Of a stretch of DNA of 32,000 nucleotides, positions 17,576-25,555 are shown one piece after another. Source of the DNA: Candidatus Harpocratesius repetitus (GTDB lineage: Archaea > Asgardarchaeota > Lokiarchaeia > Sigyniarchaeales > Promethearchaeaceae); contig JAIZWK010000001.1 in assembly GCA_021498095.1 (NCBI GenBank), forward strand, positions 2,760,001 to 2,792,000, written 5' to 3'. The translations under genes were made by a program, and so were the position numbers. Positions within the stretch are counted from its first letter, which is position 1, and every line of letters starts with the position of its first letter. The notes under the pieces were generated by a model, which saw only the letters and a program-made list of their open reading frames with translations, was not told the DNA's origin and ran no database searches.

Positions 17576-18238
17576 ATGGTAAAAATTCCTATAGGCGAAA
17601 AAGTTGAAATCAATTTATGGAACCACCAAAATCGTCATGGTATGGTTACCTATTATCATGGGACAATGGATATTTGCAGAGCTGAAAGTGAATTTGAATT
17701 AAAAAAGGGCGATTCAGCATATGTTGTCGAATCATATGATAGTTTTGTAGTTGTTGTTCCTGAAGATGAATATACAGAAATTATTGATAATTTTACATCA
17801 TCAAAAATTAATTATGAAAAATTAGCTCACAAAATATGGGAAATTCTGAAAGAAAGAGAAGTAGATACTGGCGGAATCCTAACGATTGATGAATTATATT
17901 CAATTTTTCATCGTACTTCCATCCAATCTTTAATTTCTAAAAAGTTATTAAAAAAGATGTTAAAAATAGCAAATGCACCCTATGATCATCTTAAATTTGA
18001 GAAAAAGATGTATTTTGCTTTGAAAGCTCATGAAGTTGTTCAAGATAAAGCACAATTGATTGCTTTAGCGCAAAAATATCCATTTTTAACACTAGATATG
18101 ATTCAATCTGCTACAGGATGGTCAGATGTGCGAATAAATCGCATGCTTAATCATTTAGTTAAGCAAAATCGTGTTCGAAAAGATGAAACATACCGTATTG
18201 GCACCAGATACTATTTTGTATCAACTATACCTCAATAA
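17576..18238 (+). CDS. Fusion of an NfeD-C-like OB-fold (aa ~6-62) and an EAP30/Vps22-Vps36-like tandem winged helix (aa ~79-215)
   Basis: IG...GMV...G....RA....LKKGDSAYVV......VVVP fits the NfeD-C pattern. YEKLAHKIWE...GGILTIDEL...LIALAQKYPFLTLDMIQSATGWSDVRINRMLNHL fits Vps22/Snf8 as recalled. Confidence 0.75.
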   Translation: MVKIPIGEKVEINLWNHQNRHGMVTYYHGTMDICRAESEFELKKGDSAYVVESYDSFVVVVPEDEYTEIIDNFTSSKINYEKLAHKIWEILKEREVDTGGILTIDELYSIFHRTSIQSLISKKLLKKMLKIANAPYDHLKFEKKMYFALKAHEVVQDKAQLIALAQKYPFLTLDMIQSATGWSDVRINRMLNHLVKQNRVRKDETYRIGTRYYFVSTIPQ

Positions 18239-18320
18239 TTCCTAAAAGAAATCAATAACACATTTAATTTTATAATAAATGACTATAAAAGTGATCACAT
18301 CGATATATAGATCTAGGAAA

Positions 18321-18557
18321 ATGGCATCCAAATCAATTTCAATAACAGAAGATGTATATCTTCTTTTGAAAAAATTTCAGTTAAAAGGAGAAAGTTTTTC
18401 TCAAACAATACTTAGACTGATAAATCGTCAAGAAAATATATTAAAACTTGCTGGAGCTTGGAGTAAAATCCCGAATAATGAAGAAGCAGTAGATTTTGTA
18501 GAAAAAGTAGTTGAAAAACTAAGAAATCAACCAAATAATCCAATTAAAATGGTTTAA
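18321..18557 (+). CDS. vapB: Archaeal VapB (DUF217-type) antitoxin
   Basis: MASKSISITEDVYLLLKKFQLKGESFSQTILRL signature; ATG 18321 preferred over the track's 18279. Confidence 0.88.
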   Translation: MASKSISITEDVYLLLKKFQLKGESFSQTILRLINRQENILKLAGAWSKIPNNEEAVDFVEKVVEKLRNQPNNPIKMV

Positions 18558-18581
18558 AATATTGAATTTTGGTGTTAAAAA

Positions 18582-19016
18582 ATGGCGATATTAATTGATT
18601 CTAATATAATTATTGGATTTTTGAGAGGAGAATCATCAATTGTTAAGTTTATGGAACAAATTGTAAAAGAAAACAACCCTATTTTCATTAGTTCTATTTC
18701 AGTCTATGAAGTCTATCTAGGAATTATCGCAAATCTCTATTTGAAAAAAGGACGTCCTCATTTAGTAGATCAGTTTCTTGCAGATTATAATCAACTATTA
18801 CAAGCATGTACCGTCTTAGAATTTTCAAAAGAAGCAGCAGAAAAAAGTGCAATAATTTATGCACAGGCTCAAGGTAAAGGAATAATTATCAAGCAAAATG
18901 ATTGCTTAATTGCTGGATCTGCATTATCTGTGGGGATCTCAAGAATTATTACTCGAGACAAACAGGATTTTGAAAAAATTAAAAAAATTGCAGGGATTGA
19001 GTTTTCTTCGTTTTAA
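18582..19016 (+). CDS. vapC: PIN-domain toxin (VapC)
   Basis: ILIDSNIII, SVYEVYLG, NDCLIAGSAL, ITRDKQDF motifs. Confidence 0.92.
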   Translation: MAILIDSNIIIGFLRGESSIVKFMEQIVKENNPIFISSISVYEVYLGIIANLYLKKGRPHLVDQFLADYNQLLQACTVLEFSKEAAEKSAIIYAQAQGKGIIIKQNDCLIAGSALSVGISRIITRDKQDFEKIKKIAGIEFSSF

Positions 19017-19186
19017 CCTTTAGCAAATCTCTAGTAAAAGATGGTGCACCTCGAGATTAATATTCCATCTTATTAAAGCATTTAGCAGTTCTGATTAGTA
19101 AAAAATTGTCACAAAATACATGAAAAAGGGAAAAATTAATCGAAAATAATATTTTTTTAATACTTCTTTGTATTAATTTCCCTATA

Positions 19187-20194
19187 ATGCATTATTCACC
19201 TATTCTTTCTAAAGAAACGCTTGAAAAAGTGCGAATTACCTTATTTAAAAATGCCCGTAATTTGGAGAAAAACTTCTTTTCTTTTCTTTTTGAAAATGGT
19301 TCACCTGAACTTGTTTTAGAAGAAATAACACGATATCAAAATAGAGATGGGGGATTTGGCATGGGAATTGAACCAGATTTCCATCTTCCACAATCTACTT
19401 CTATGGCAACTTCTGTAGGCTTGCGATTACTCCATGAACTTAAATATGAAATTAATCAAAAAATGCGCAATGGTGGAACTCTCATCAGTAATGATTTATT
19501 CACTAAAATAGAGAATCAAATAGATCAAAAAATAGCTCTTGCACTTCACCATTTGATAACAAGCTTTGATATTAATCGTAGAGGTTGGTATGCAGTTCGT
19601 CATGAGATCAACGATTTCCCACACGCTCCATGGTGGCATTGGGATGAATTGACTCGAATGACCGTAATTGACAAATCTTGGGCAAATCCAACTGCTGAAT
19701 TAACAGGTTATTTTTATCATTATAGAAATCTACTCCCTGAAAAGCAGTATCAAGAATTTATTGAAGCCACAACCAAATTTGTAATCAAATACTTCTCAGA
19801 AAAAAAGGTATTCACTTCAGAACATGAAATTTATTGTGCAATTCGTCTCTATTGGTTAGTTGATGAGTCGTATCAAAAAATTCTACTTTCTTCACTTAAA
19901 ACAGCAGTTAATTCCCTTATTGAAACAGATTTAGCCAAATGGAAAGATTATGTCCCTAAACCTTTAGATTTTGTAAATCATCCAGATAAAAATCCATTTG
20001 AAATACCAATTGAATTACTGAATAAAAATATTAAATGGTATATCGAAAAACTGAAAAAAAACACCCAGATCGAGCCTAGTTGGCAATGGGGTCAATATGA
20101 TACTTTCTGGAACACAGCTAAACAAAATTGGTCAGGAATTTTAACCCTAAATACCTTACGAGTTTTACGAAATTTTAACTGCTTAGAGTTTTGA
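19187..20194 (+). CDS. Conserved hypothetical alpha/alpha-toroid (prenyltransferase/squalene-oxidase-repeat-like) protein
   Basis: YQNRDGGFGMGIEPDF repeat-like motif; Trp/His-rich segments (HAPWWHW, WANPTAEL, WQWGQY). Confidence 0.6.
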   Translation: MHYSPILSKETLEKVRITLFKNARNLEKNFFSFLFENGSPELVLEEITRYQNRDGGFGMGIEPDFHLPQSTSMATSVGLRLLHELKYEINQKMRNGGTLISNDLFTKIENQIDQKIALALHHLITSFDINRRGWYAVRHEINDFPHAPWWHWDELTRMTVIDKSWANPTAELTGYFYHYRNLLPEKQYQEFIEATTKFVIKYFSEKKVFTSEHEIYCAIRLYWLVDESYQKILLSSLKTAVNSLIETDLAKWKDYVPKPLDFVNHPDKNPFEIPIELLNKNIKWYIEKLKKNTQIEPSWQWGQYDTFWNTAKQNWSGILTLNTLRVLRNFNCLEF

Positions 20195-20656
20195 AGACAA
20201 ATGTTTGAATTCTTTTCGTAATAACGGAAAAGGTTTGATAATCTCATTTATTTCGATGTTATCAAGTAATTCAGTATTTTTTTCCATTTTTTCCATTTTT
20301 TCCATTTTTTCCATTTTTTCCATTTTTTCCATTATTTTAAGACATTGAGAGTGGATTTCAGGAAGGGCTTCTTTTAATGTCTCAATTTTCTTTTGGCTAC
20401 GTCGGTTGATATGAACACCAATTATAAGCAGCAAGTTCTCCTTTAAATGAGTAAATAGTTTATAGGATGTCATATCCATTTTTTGAAGCCCACCAGTTTG
20501 CATTTCTTCTCCCATAAGATATAGTGATTTAGCCATTTGAATGATTATGAAAGGATCAGGAACGGCTTCTCCTATAATCTTTTGAAATGTTCGATCATCT
20601 TGATAATGCAGAATCGGTGTTCCTTCAATTGGAGTGAGAATAAAAAAGAGTATCAT
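20183..20656 (-). CDS. Stand-alone longin-like protein with a (MEK)6 repeat
   Basis: ILFFILTPIEGTPILHY / helix DPFIIIQMAKSLYLMGEEM / LQKMDM / YKLFTHLKENLLLIIGV / helix: longin secondary-structure order. Confidence 0.65.
   Translation of the reverse strand: MILFFILTPIEGTPILHYQDDRTFQKIIGEAVPDPFIIIQMAKSLYLMGEEMQTGGLQKMDMTSYKLFTHLKENLLLIIGVHINRRSQKKIETLKEALPEIHSQCLKIMEKMEKMEKMEKMEKMEKNTELLDNIEINEIIKPFPLLRKEFKHLSSKL
20279..20332. repeat. Perfect in-frame tandem repeat, 9-bp unit (ATGGAAAAA on the minus strand) x6
   Basis: TTTTTCCAT x6 read directly; encodes MEK x6. Confidence 0.97.
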
Positions 20657-20700
20657 GAAAAATCAATAAATAATAAGATGGATTTTAGAAAAAGGTTTCT

Positions 20701-21153
20701 TCATTCTATACAATTTTTGCGATACATCGGTTCATTATCGAAAACATTAGATTCTTCTAACAATGCTTGATATTGATCAAAGATTTGTTGATCACCTTTC
20801 CAATCTTCTATATAATTACTAAATTCTTTGATGAAAATGTCCAAACATAAACGCACGCGGTTCTCATAATCACTTACTTCATCTTCAATACTAATAGCCA
20901 TTATTATAATTACATTGGGTGCAGCGGCAGCAAGATATTGAAATTTCTCAAAACTGATCTGGCGTAATTTACCACCTGAAAAAGTGGACATCGAGATTAA
21001 AGCAGAAAAGAACCCACTAACTAATGAGGGATTTTTTTGAACTACAGCATCTCTCGAATAAACATGACAATTATTTCCATTTGGACAAATATAATTTCCA
21101 GAAAAATACGGCACACCTGAAGGATTCATTAAAATAATTGTACTAATTCCCAT
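20701..21153 (-). CDS. Stand-alone longin-domain protein (150 aa)
   Basis: ISTIILMNPSGVPYFS...NPSLVSGFFSALISMS...KLRQISFEKFQY...VIIIMAI...LCLDIFIKEF...WKGDQQIF is typical of Asgard longins; ATG 21153 preferred over 21213. Confidence 0.78.
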   Translation of the reverse strand: MGISTIILMNPSGVPYFSGNYICPNGNNCHVYSRDAVVQKNPSLVSGFFSALISMSTFSGGKLRQISFEKFQYLAAAAPNVIIIMAISIEDEVSDYENRVRLCLDIFIKEFSNYIEDWKGDQQIFDQYQALLEESNVFDNEPMYRKNCIE

Positions 21154-21214
21154 AGCTATAATGGAACAGATAAAATATAAAAAAGTATAGGCAATTAATT
21201 CTGTAATACTCATT

Positions 21215-22336
21215 GTGAGAAAAAGAACATTGCGAATAAAAAAAAGTAGAAATCAGAAAATATGTTTCATTAGTTTTACTGTATTTTTACTAACAACAGG
21301 AATTATTGGAGGATTTTTGCTTTATCCACATATTCAAGTTTATTTCATCGAATCTGGAAAGTATACTCACCAGAAATCCTTCTTTTGGTTTGCTTCATGG
21401 AATAATCTGTCATTTAATGCTCTAAAGGAGCATGCAGAAAAAATTGATTATATTTCCCCTGTTTGGTTAAGAATTAGACCCAACGGAACGGTTGTATGGA
21501 ACCCATATTTAGACGATCTGCAAGTAAATCAAACAATCATATTTTATAATCAATCTGGAATTGGAATTCATCCATTAATTTCAAATTATGATGATGAATT
21601 TAATGCCACTTTAATTTCAGATCTACTCTTATCTTCCAGCGCTCAAGCGAATTTTATTCAATCACTTAAAGATATACAAGATCAACAAGTAAATACTTAT
21701 AATTTCAGATTTCAAGGATTTAATTTAGATTTTGAAAATATTCCTTCAACACTCCGACCAAATTACACGAGTTTTTTAGAATATGTTCGAAATAATCTTC
21801 CCAAAGAATGGATTATATCTATTGATGTACCAGCAAAAACTTGGGATGATTTAAATGGCTGGGGCGGTGCATTTAATTATAAACAAATATTGGAAATTGT
21901 AGATTGGATGATGATTATGACTTATGATTATCATGGACCTTGGTCATTACCTGGAGAAATCTCACCAAATTCGTGGATTTTAAAAGTGGAGCAATACTTA
22001 GCACAAATTGATCCAAGTAAAACAAATTATTCAAAAGTCTTCATGGGAATTCCTTTATATGGCTATGATTGGGGAATAGATTCAGGTTCATCATTTTCAG
22101 ATGGTTTTTCTAAATTTAATTCAATAGCTGAACAAGATTGGTCGAAAGTTGAGAGAACAATAGATTCTTACGAATTGAAATTGAGCTATTCTATAGAAGA
22201 TGGAAAACACATTGCTTATTACAGCGATTCAACAACAATTATGAAAAAACTTGAACTTTTCAGCAATTATCCCTTTTCAGGTGCATGTTATTGGTATTTA
22301 GGATTAGAAGATCCCAATTATTGGAAAGAAATTTAA
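21215..22336 (+). CDS. Membrane-anchored GH18 glycoside hydrolase (YaaH/chitinase-like)
   Basis: Basic N-terminus plus TM anchor; ISPVW, FQGFNLDFEN catalytic motif, IMTYDYHG, GIPLYGYDW, CYWYLGLED. Confidence 0.9.
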   Translation: MRKRTLRIKKSRNQKICFISFTVFLLTTGIIGGFLLYPHIQVYFIESGKYTHQKSFFWFASWNNLSFNALKEHAEKIDYISPVWLRIRPNGTVVWNPYLDDLQVNQTIIFYNQSGIGIHPLISNYDDEFNATLISDLLLSSSAQANFIQSLKDIQDQQVNTYNFRFQGFNLDFENIPSTLRPNYTSFLEYVRNNLPKEWIISIDVPAKTWDDLNGWGGAFNYKQILEIVDWMMIMTYDYHGPWSLPGEISPNSWILKVEQYLAQIDPSKTNYSKVFMGIPLYGYDWGIDSGSSFSDGFSKFNSIAEQDWSKVERTIDSYELKLSYSIEDGKHIAYYSDSTTIMKKLELFSNYPFSGACYWYLGLEDPNYWKEI

Positions 22337-22435
22337 AGGAAATTATAAAAATTAACTAAAATCCATTAATTGATAATTTTTTCAAATAGATATCTTTTTG
22401 GTGAATTAATTTCGTCAGATCATTACTGATTTAAA

Positions 22436-22822
22436 ATGAAGCAAATTTCACAAATATTCCATTATGGTCAAGTGGTTATCTTGTACACTTATTCATCAGA
22501 TCATAAAATTCGCGGTCGTGAAATGACTGTCTTAACACGCCCACAAGATGAAGATGCAATTTGGTTTGGAACCAGCCAGAATACTCGAAAAGTTAAAGAT
22601 ATAAAGCAAAATAACAATGTAATTATCAATTATAAAGATCCTTTCCGTAGAGAGGAGGTAATTCTATTTGGAACTATTCAAATATTTGATGATTTGAAAA
22701 TAAAAGAAGATTTATGGAGGGACCCACTTCAGATGTTTTGGCCAGAAGGCCCAGAATCAAAAAATTTAGTGTTATTAAAATTTACTCCTAATAGAAATGA
22801 ATTTTTAATGCAAGATATTTAA
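22436..22822 (+). CDS. Pyridoxamine 5'-phosphate oxidase-like FMN-binding (general stress protein 26-like) protein
   Basis: IRGREM, IWFGTSQNTRKVKDIKQNNNV, LW...LQMFWPEGPESKNLVLLKF motifs. Confidence 0.85.
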   Translation: MKQISQIFHYGQVVILYTYSSDHKIRGREMTVLTRPQDEDAIWFGTSQNTRKVKDIKQNNNVIINYKDPFRREEVILFGTIQIFDDLKIKEDLWRDPLQMFWPEGPESKNLVLLKFTPNRNEFLMQDI

Positions 22823-22927
22823 TCTTGCTTTATTTAGAGAATTTTTATCTTTTATTTTTAATCTTAATATATATGAGGTTCTAGCAACTTCTTTATTTTT
22901 GACAGAATTTCCATTTTAATCTTTCAT

Positions 22928-23245
22928 TTTCCGACAATAATCAAACTTATCCAAGAATTATTTCAGTCGGCAAAGATGAACCTTAGAAAATATAATTATG
23001 GGTTGATTTTTGACTATTTTTAATCAAATTTTAGTAGGATTTGATAAAAAAAGTTCTAAATTTTTGATCGACAAATTTCAAATTTGGATGAAATGTTGGT
23101 AAATGCGTAAATTATGCATGCTTTTTATTTTTTTATTAATCTATCAAATGTTGACAAAGGCTCATATGGCTTTAGTAATTTTTTTTATTTTAATCAAAAT
23201 TTATCTTTTAAGCCATTGTTTCCGACAACACATCCAAATATCCAA
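22928..23245. repeat. Two copies of the bipartite motif TTTCCGACAA-N10-TATCCAA in a long intergenic gap
   Basis: Copies at 22928-22954 and 23219-23245, identical arms and spacer length. Confidence 0.7.
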
Positions 23246-23359
23246 TTATTTTAGTTTTCTTGAATCTTCAATGAAATAATAATGACCTAATTATATTTTT
23301 TTCTTTAATTGCAAAAATATTTCAATTTTGACACCTTGATAAAGAAAGAGCTGAAGTTA

Positions 23360-25360
23360 ATGGAATCAGAAAAATTTAATTGGAAAAAAGGAATATTTCA
23401 TGATAGTAGTTCGAATTTTGTGTCTACTTCTAACCCAAAAAAGGGAGAAAAGATTCACATTTATATTCAAATGCTAAAAAATTCTCCCATTACTCAAATA
23501 TTCTTCAGCTTTTTTCAAGATGGTGAAGAAATAAATATTGAAATGCAAAAACTTCCAAAATCAAGTTTGGAAAGAAATAACTACTCTTCAAATCTAAAAG
23601 TATATTCTACAAAAATAGAATTAAAAGGAAATGAACTTAAGTATAGATTTAGAATTTTGACAAATCAAGAACATTTTTGGTATTCAGGTTTAGGTTTAAC
23701 TCGAATAACACCTCCAAGTGAGTATTGTTTTACTATAATAGCAGATGCTTTAATTCCATCTTGGGTTACCAAAACGGTATTCTATCAAATTTTTCCTGAT
23801 CGATTTTGCAATGGAAATCCTTCAATAGATGTAAAAAATAACGAAATCTCAAGAGGTAATGAAAAATCAGTTCATTGTGAATGGAATGACATTCCTGGAG
23901 AATATGGAAAAAATTATACAAGTTTACATTTTTATGGAGGTGATTTAGCAGGAATTAAAGAAAAAATATCTTATCTTCAAGATTTAGGAATAAATGCGAT
24001 TTATTTAAATCCAATTTTTAAAGCTAATTCTAATCATCGTTATGATACTATTGATTACTATAGAATTGATCCACATATTGGTAGCAACGAAGAATTTGCT
24101 CAATTGGTGCAAGAATTGCACAATCAAGGAATTCAAATTATTTTAGATGCTGTAATCAACCATACGGGAGATAAACACCCATGGTTTAATAGAAATGGCG
24201 ATCCCAACAAGGGAGGTGCATATACATCACCAAATGATCCGCATAGATGTTTTTATCGGTTTTATAATGAAGATCCGGAAAGTTTTGATGCATGGAAAAA
24301 TTATAAACTCCTCCCTCGCCTAAATTATAATTCTGATGAACTAAAAGATCAAATATATCGAAAGTCAGATTCGATTCTTAAATATTGGATGCAAACACCA
24401 TATAACATTGATGGTTGGCGATTTGATTGTGCAAATATGGTTGGAAAATATGATTCATTAGGAAAAAGAATCAATGTATGGGAAGAAATTCGTACTCAAT
24501 TAAAAAAAGTCAATCCTAATTCTTTTATTATTGGTGAAAGCTTTTATGATGGAACTGAATTAGTGAATCACCATAAACTTGATGCAATCACTAATTATTG
24601 TGGATTTTATTCTCCTCTTATTCGATGGCTAACCCAAAATGATGGAATTCAAGCATTAAGTAATAAAGAATTTCGTTGTTTTTCATTTTCATATTATTTT
24701 TCACTTTCAGATATGATTACCCAGATGAAAATTTATCGTAATAAGCTACCCTTTCAATTTCAACTAATCCAAATTAACTTATTAGACAGCCACGATGTTC
24801 CAAGATTATTTTCGGCAATAGGAAAAAACGAATCAATAATGAAAATGGCAGTGTGTTTTTTATTCACTTATATTGGGATACCGATGATTTATTATGGAGA
24901 TGAAAATGGAATGGAGGGTATTTCTGATCCTGCCAATCGACAACCTATGATTTGGGAGAAAGCTAGATGGAATTCAAATTTACGACAATTTTATAAGAAA
25001 ATGATATTTTTACGAAAAGAATATTCTGAATTACAAATTGGATCTTTTTTTAATTTTCAATTTGACACAAATAATTCATCAGAAAACGAAGACTCTTATT
25101 CTGAAATTCTTGCTTTTGCACGTTTTTCGAAATCTCGCTGTTTAATTATTATACTACAAAAAAAAGAAGTAAAAAAACAAATACAGATACCTTTATGGCA
25201 ATTGAGGTATGATTCAGGTGTAATTAAGCCTCTACTTGATTTAATTAATCAACAAGAAATTAATCAATCTTTTAAGTTAAACACTAAATTTTCTCAAGGT
25301 ATAGCGATATTTCATGCTGAAAACATTTATCCTTGTTATATTGGAGAAATCAACAATTAG
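23360..25360 (+). CDS. GH13 maltodextrin glucosidase/neopullulanase-like alpha-glucosidase
   Basis: FYQIFPDRF, GGDLAGI, DAVINH (region I), GWRFDCAN (II), IGES (III), LDSHD (IV). ATG 23360 or the track's TTG 23309. Confidence 0.93.
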   Translation: MESEKFNWKKGIFHDSSSNFVSTSNPKKGEKIHIYIQMLKNSPITQIFFSFFQDGEEINIEMQKLPKSSLERNNYSSNLKVYSTKIELKGNELKYRFRILTNQEHFWYSGLGLTRITPPSEYCFTIIADALIPSWVTKTVFYQIFPDRFCNGNPSIDVKNNEISRGNEKSVHCEWNDIPGEYGKNYTSLHFYGGDLAGIKEKISYLQDLGINAIYLNPIFKANSNHRYDTIDYYRIDPHIGSNEEFAQLVQELHNQGIQIILDAVINHTGDKHPWFNRNGDPNKGGAYTSPNDPHRCFYRFYNEDPESFDAWKNYKLLPRLNYNSDELKDQIYRKSDSILKYWMQTPYNIDGWRFDCANMVGKYDSLGKRINVWEEIRTQLKKVNPNSFIIGESFYDGTELVNHHKLDAITNYCGFYSPLIRWLTQNDGIQALSNKEFRCFSFSYYFSLSDMITQMKIYRNKLPFQFQLIQINLLDSHDVPRLFSAIGKNESIMKMAVCFLFTYIGIPMIYYGDENGMEGISDPANRQPMIWEKARWNSNLRQFYKKMIFLRKEYSELQIGSFFNFQFDTNNSSENEDSYSEILAFARFSKSRCLIIILQKKEVKKQIQIPLWQLRYDSGVIKPLLDLINQQEINQSFKLNTKFSQGIAIFHAENIYPCYIGEINN

Positions 25361-25506
25361 GCTTGAATAATTTCCCTATCAATAAGGTTCTGTACCTGAT
25401 TATGAACAGCATTTACAGATAAGTTCAACAATTGAGCCATATTTCGATATATAATTCGAGAATTTTGTAATAGCACTTGGATAAGTTGATGATCTTCAAT
25501 ATCCAT
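25357..25506 (-). pseudogene. Lrp/AsnC-type HTH only (49 aa): truncated regulator or stand-alone HTH; not in the ORF track
   Basis: Hand translation: MDIEDHQLIQVLLQNSRIIYRNMAQLLNLSVNAVHNQVQNLIDREIIQA*; stop overlaps the GH13 stop. Confidence 0.7.
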
Positions 25507-25555
25507 GATTAATTTAATTTTTAAGCAAAGTTATATACTTTTTTTAATTATGCAA

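Noticed and set aside
20701-20715. C-terminal Cys (KNCIE*) of the longin as a prenylation signal
   Set aside because: Only two residues follow the Cys, so it is not a CaaX or CC/CxC motif; no prenyltransferase alpha subunit is evident.
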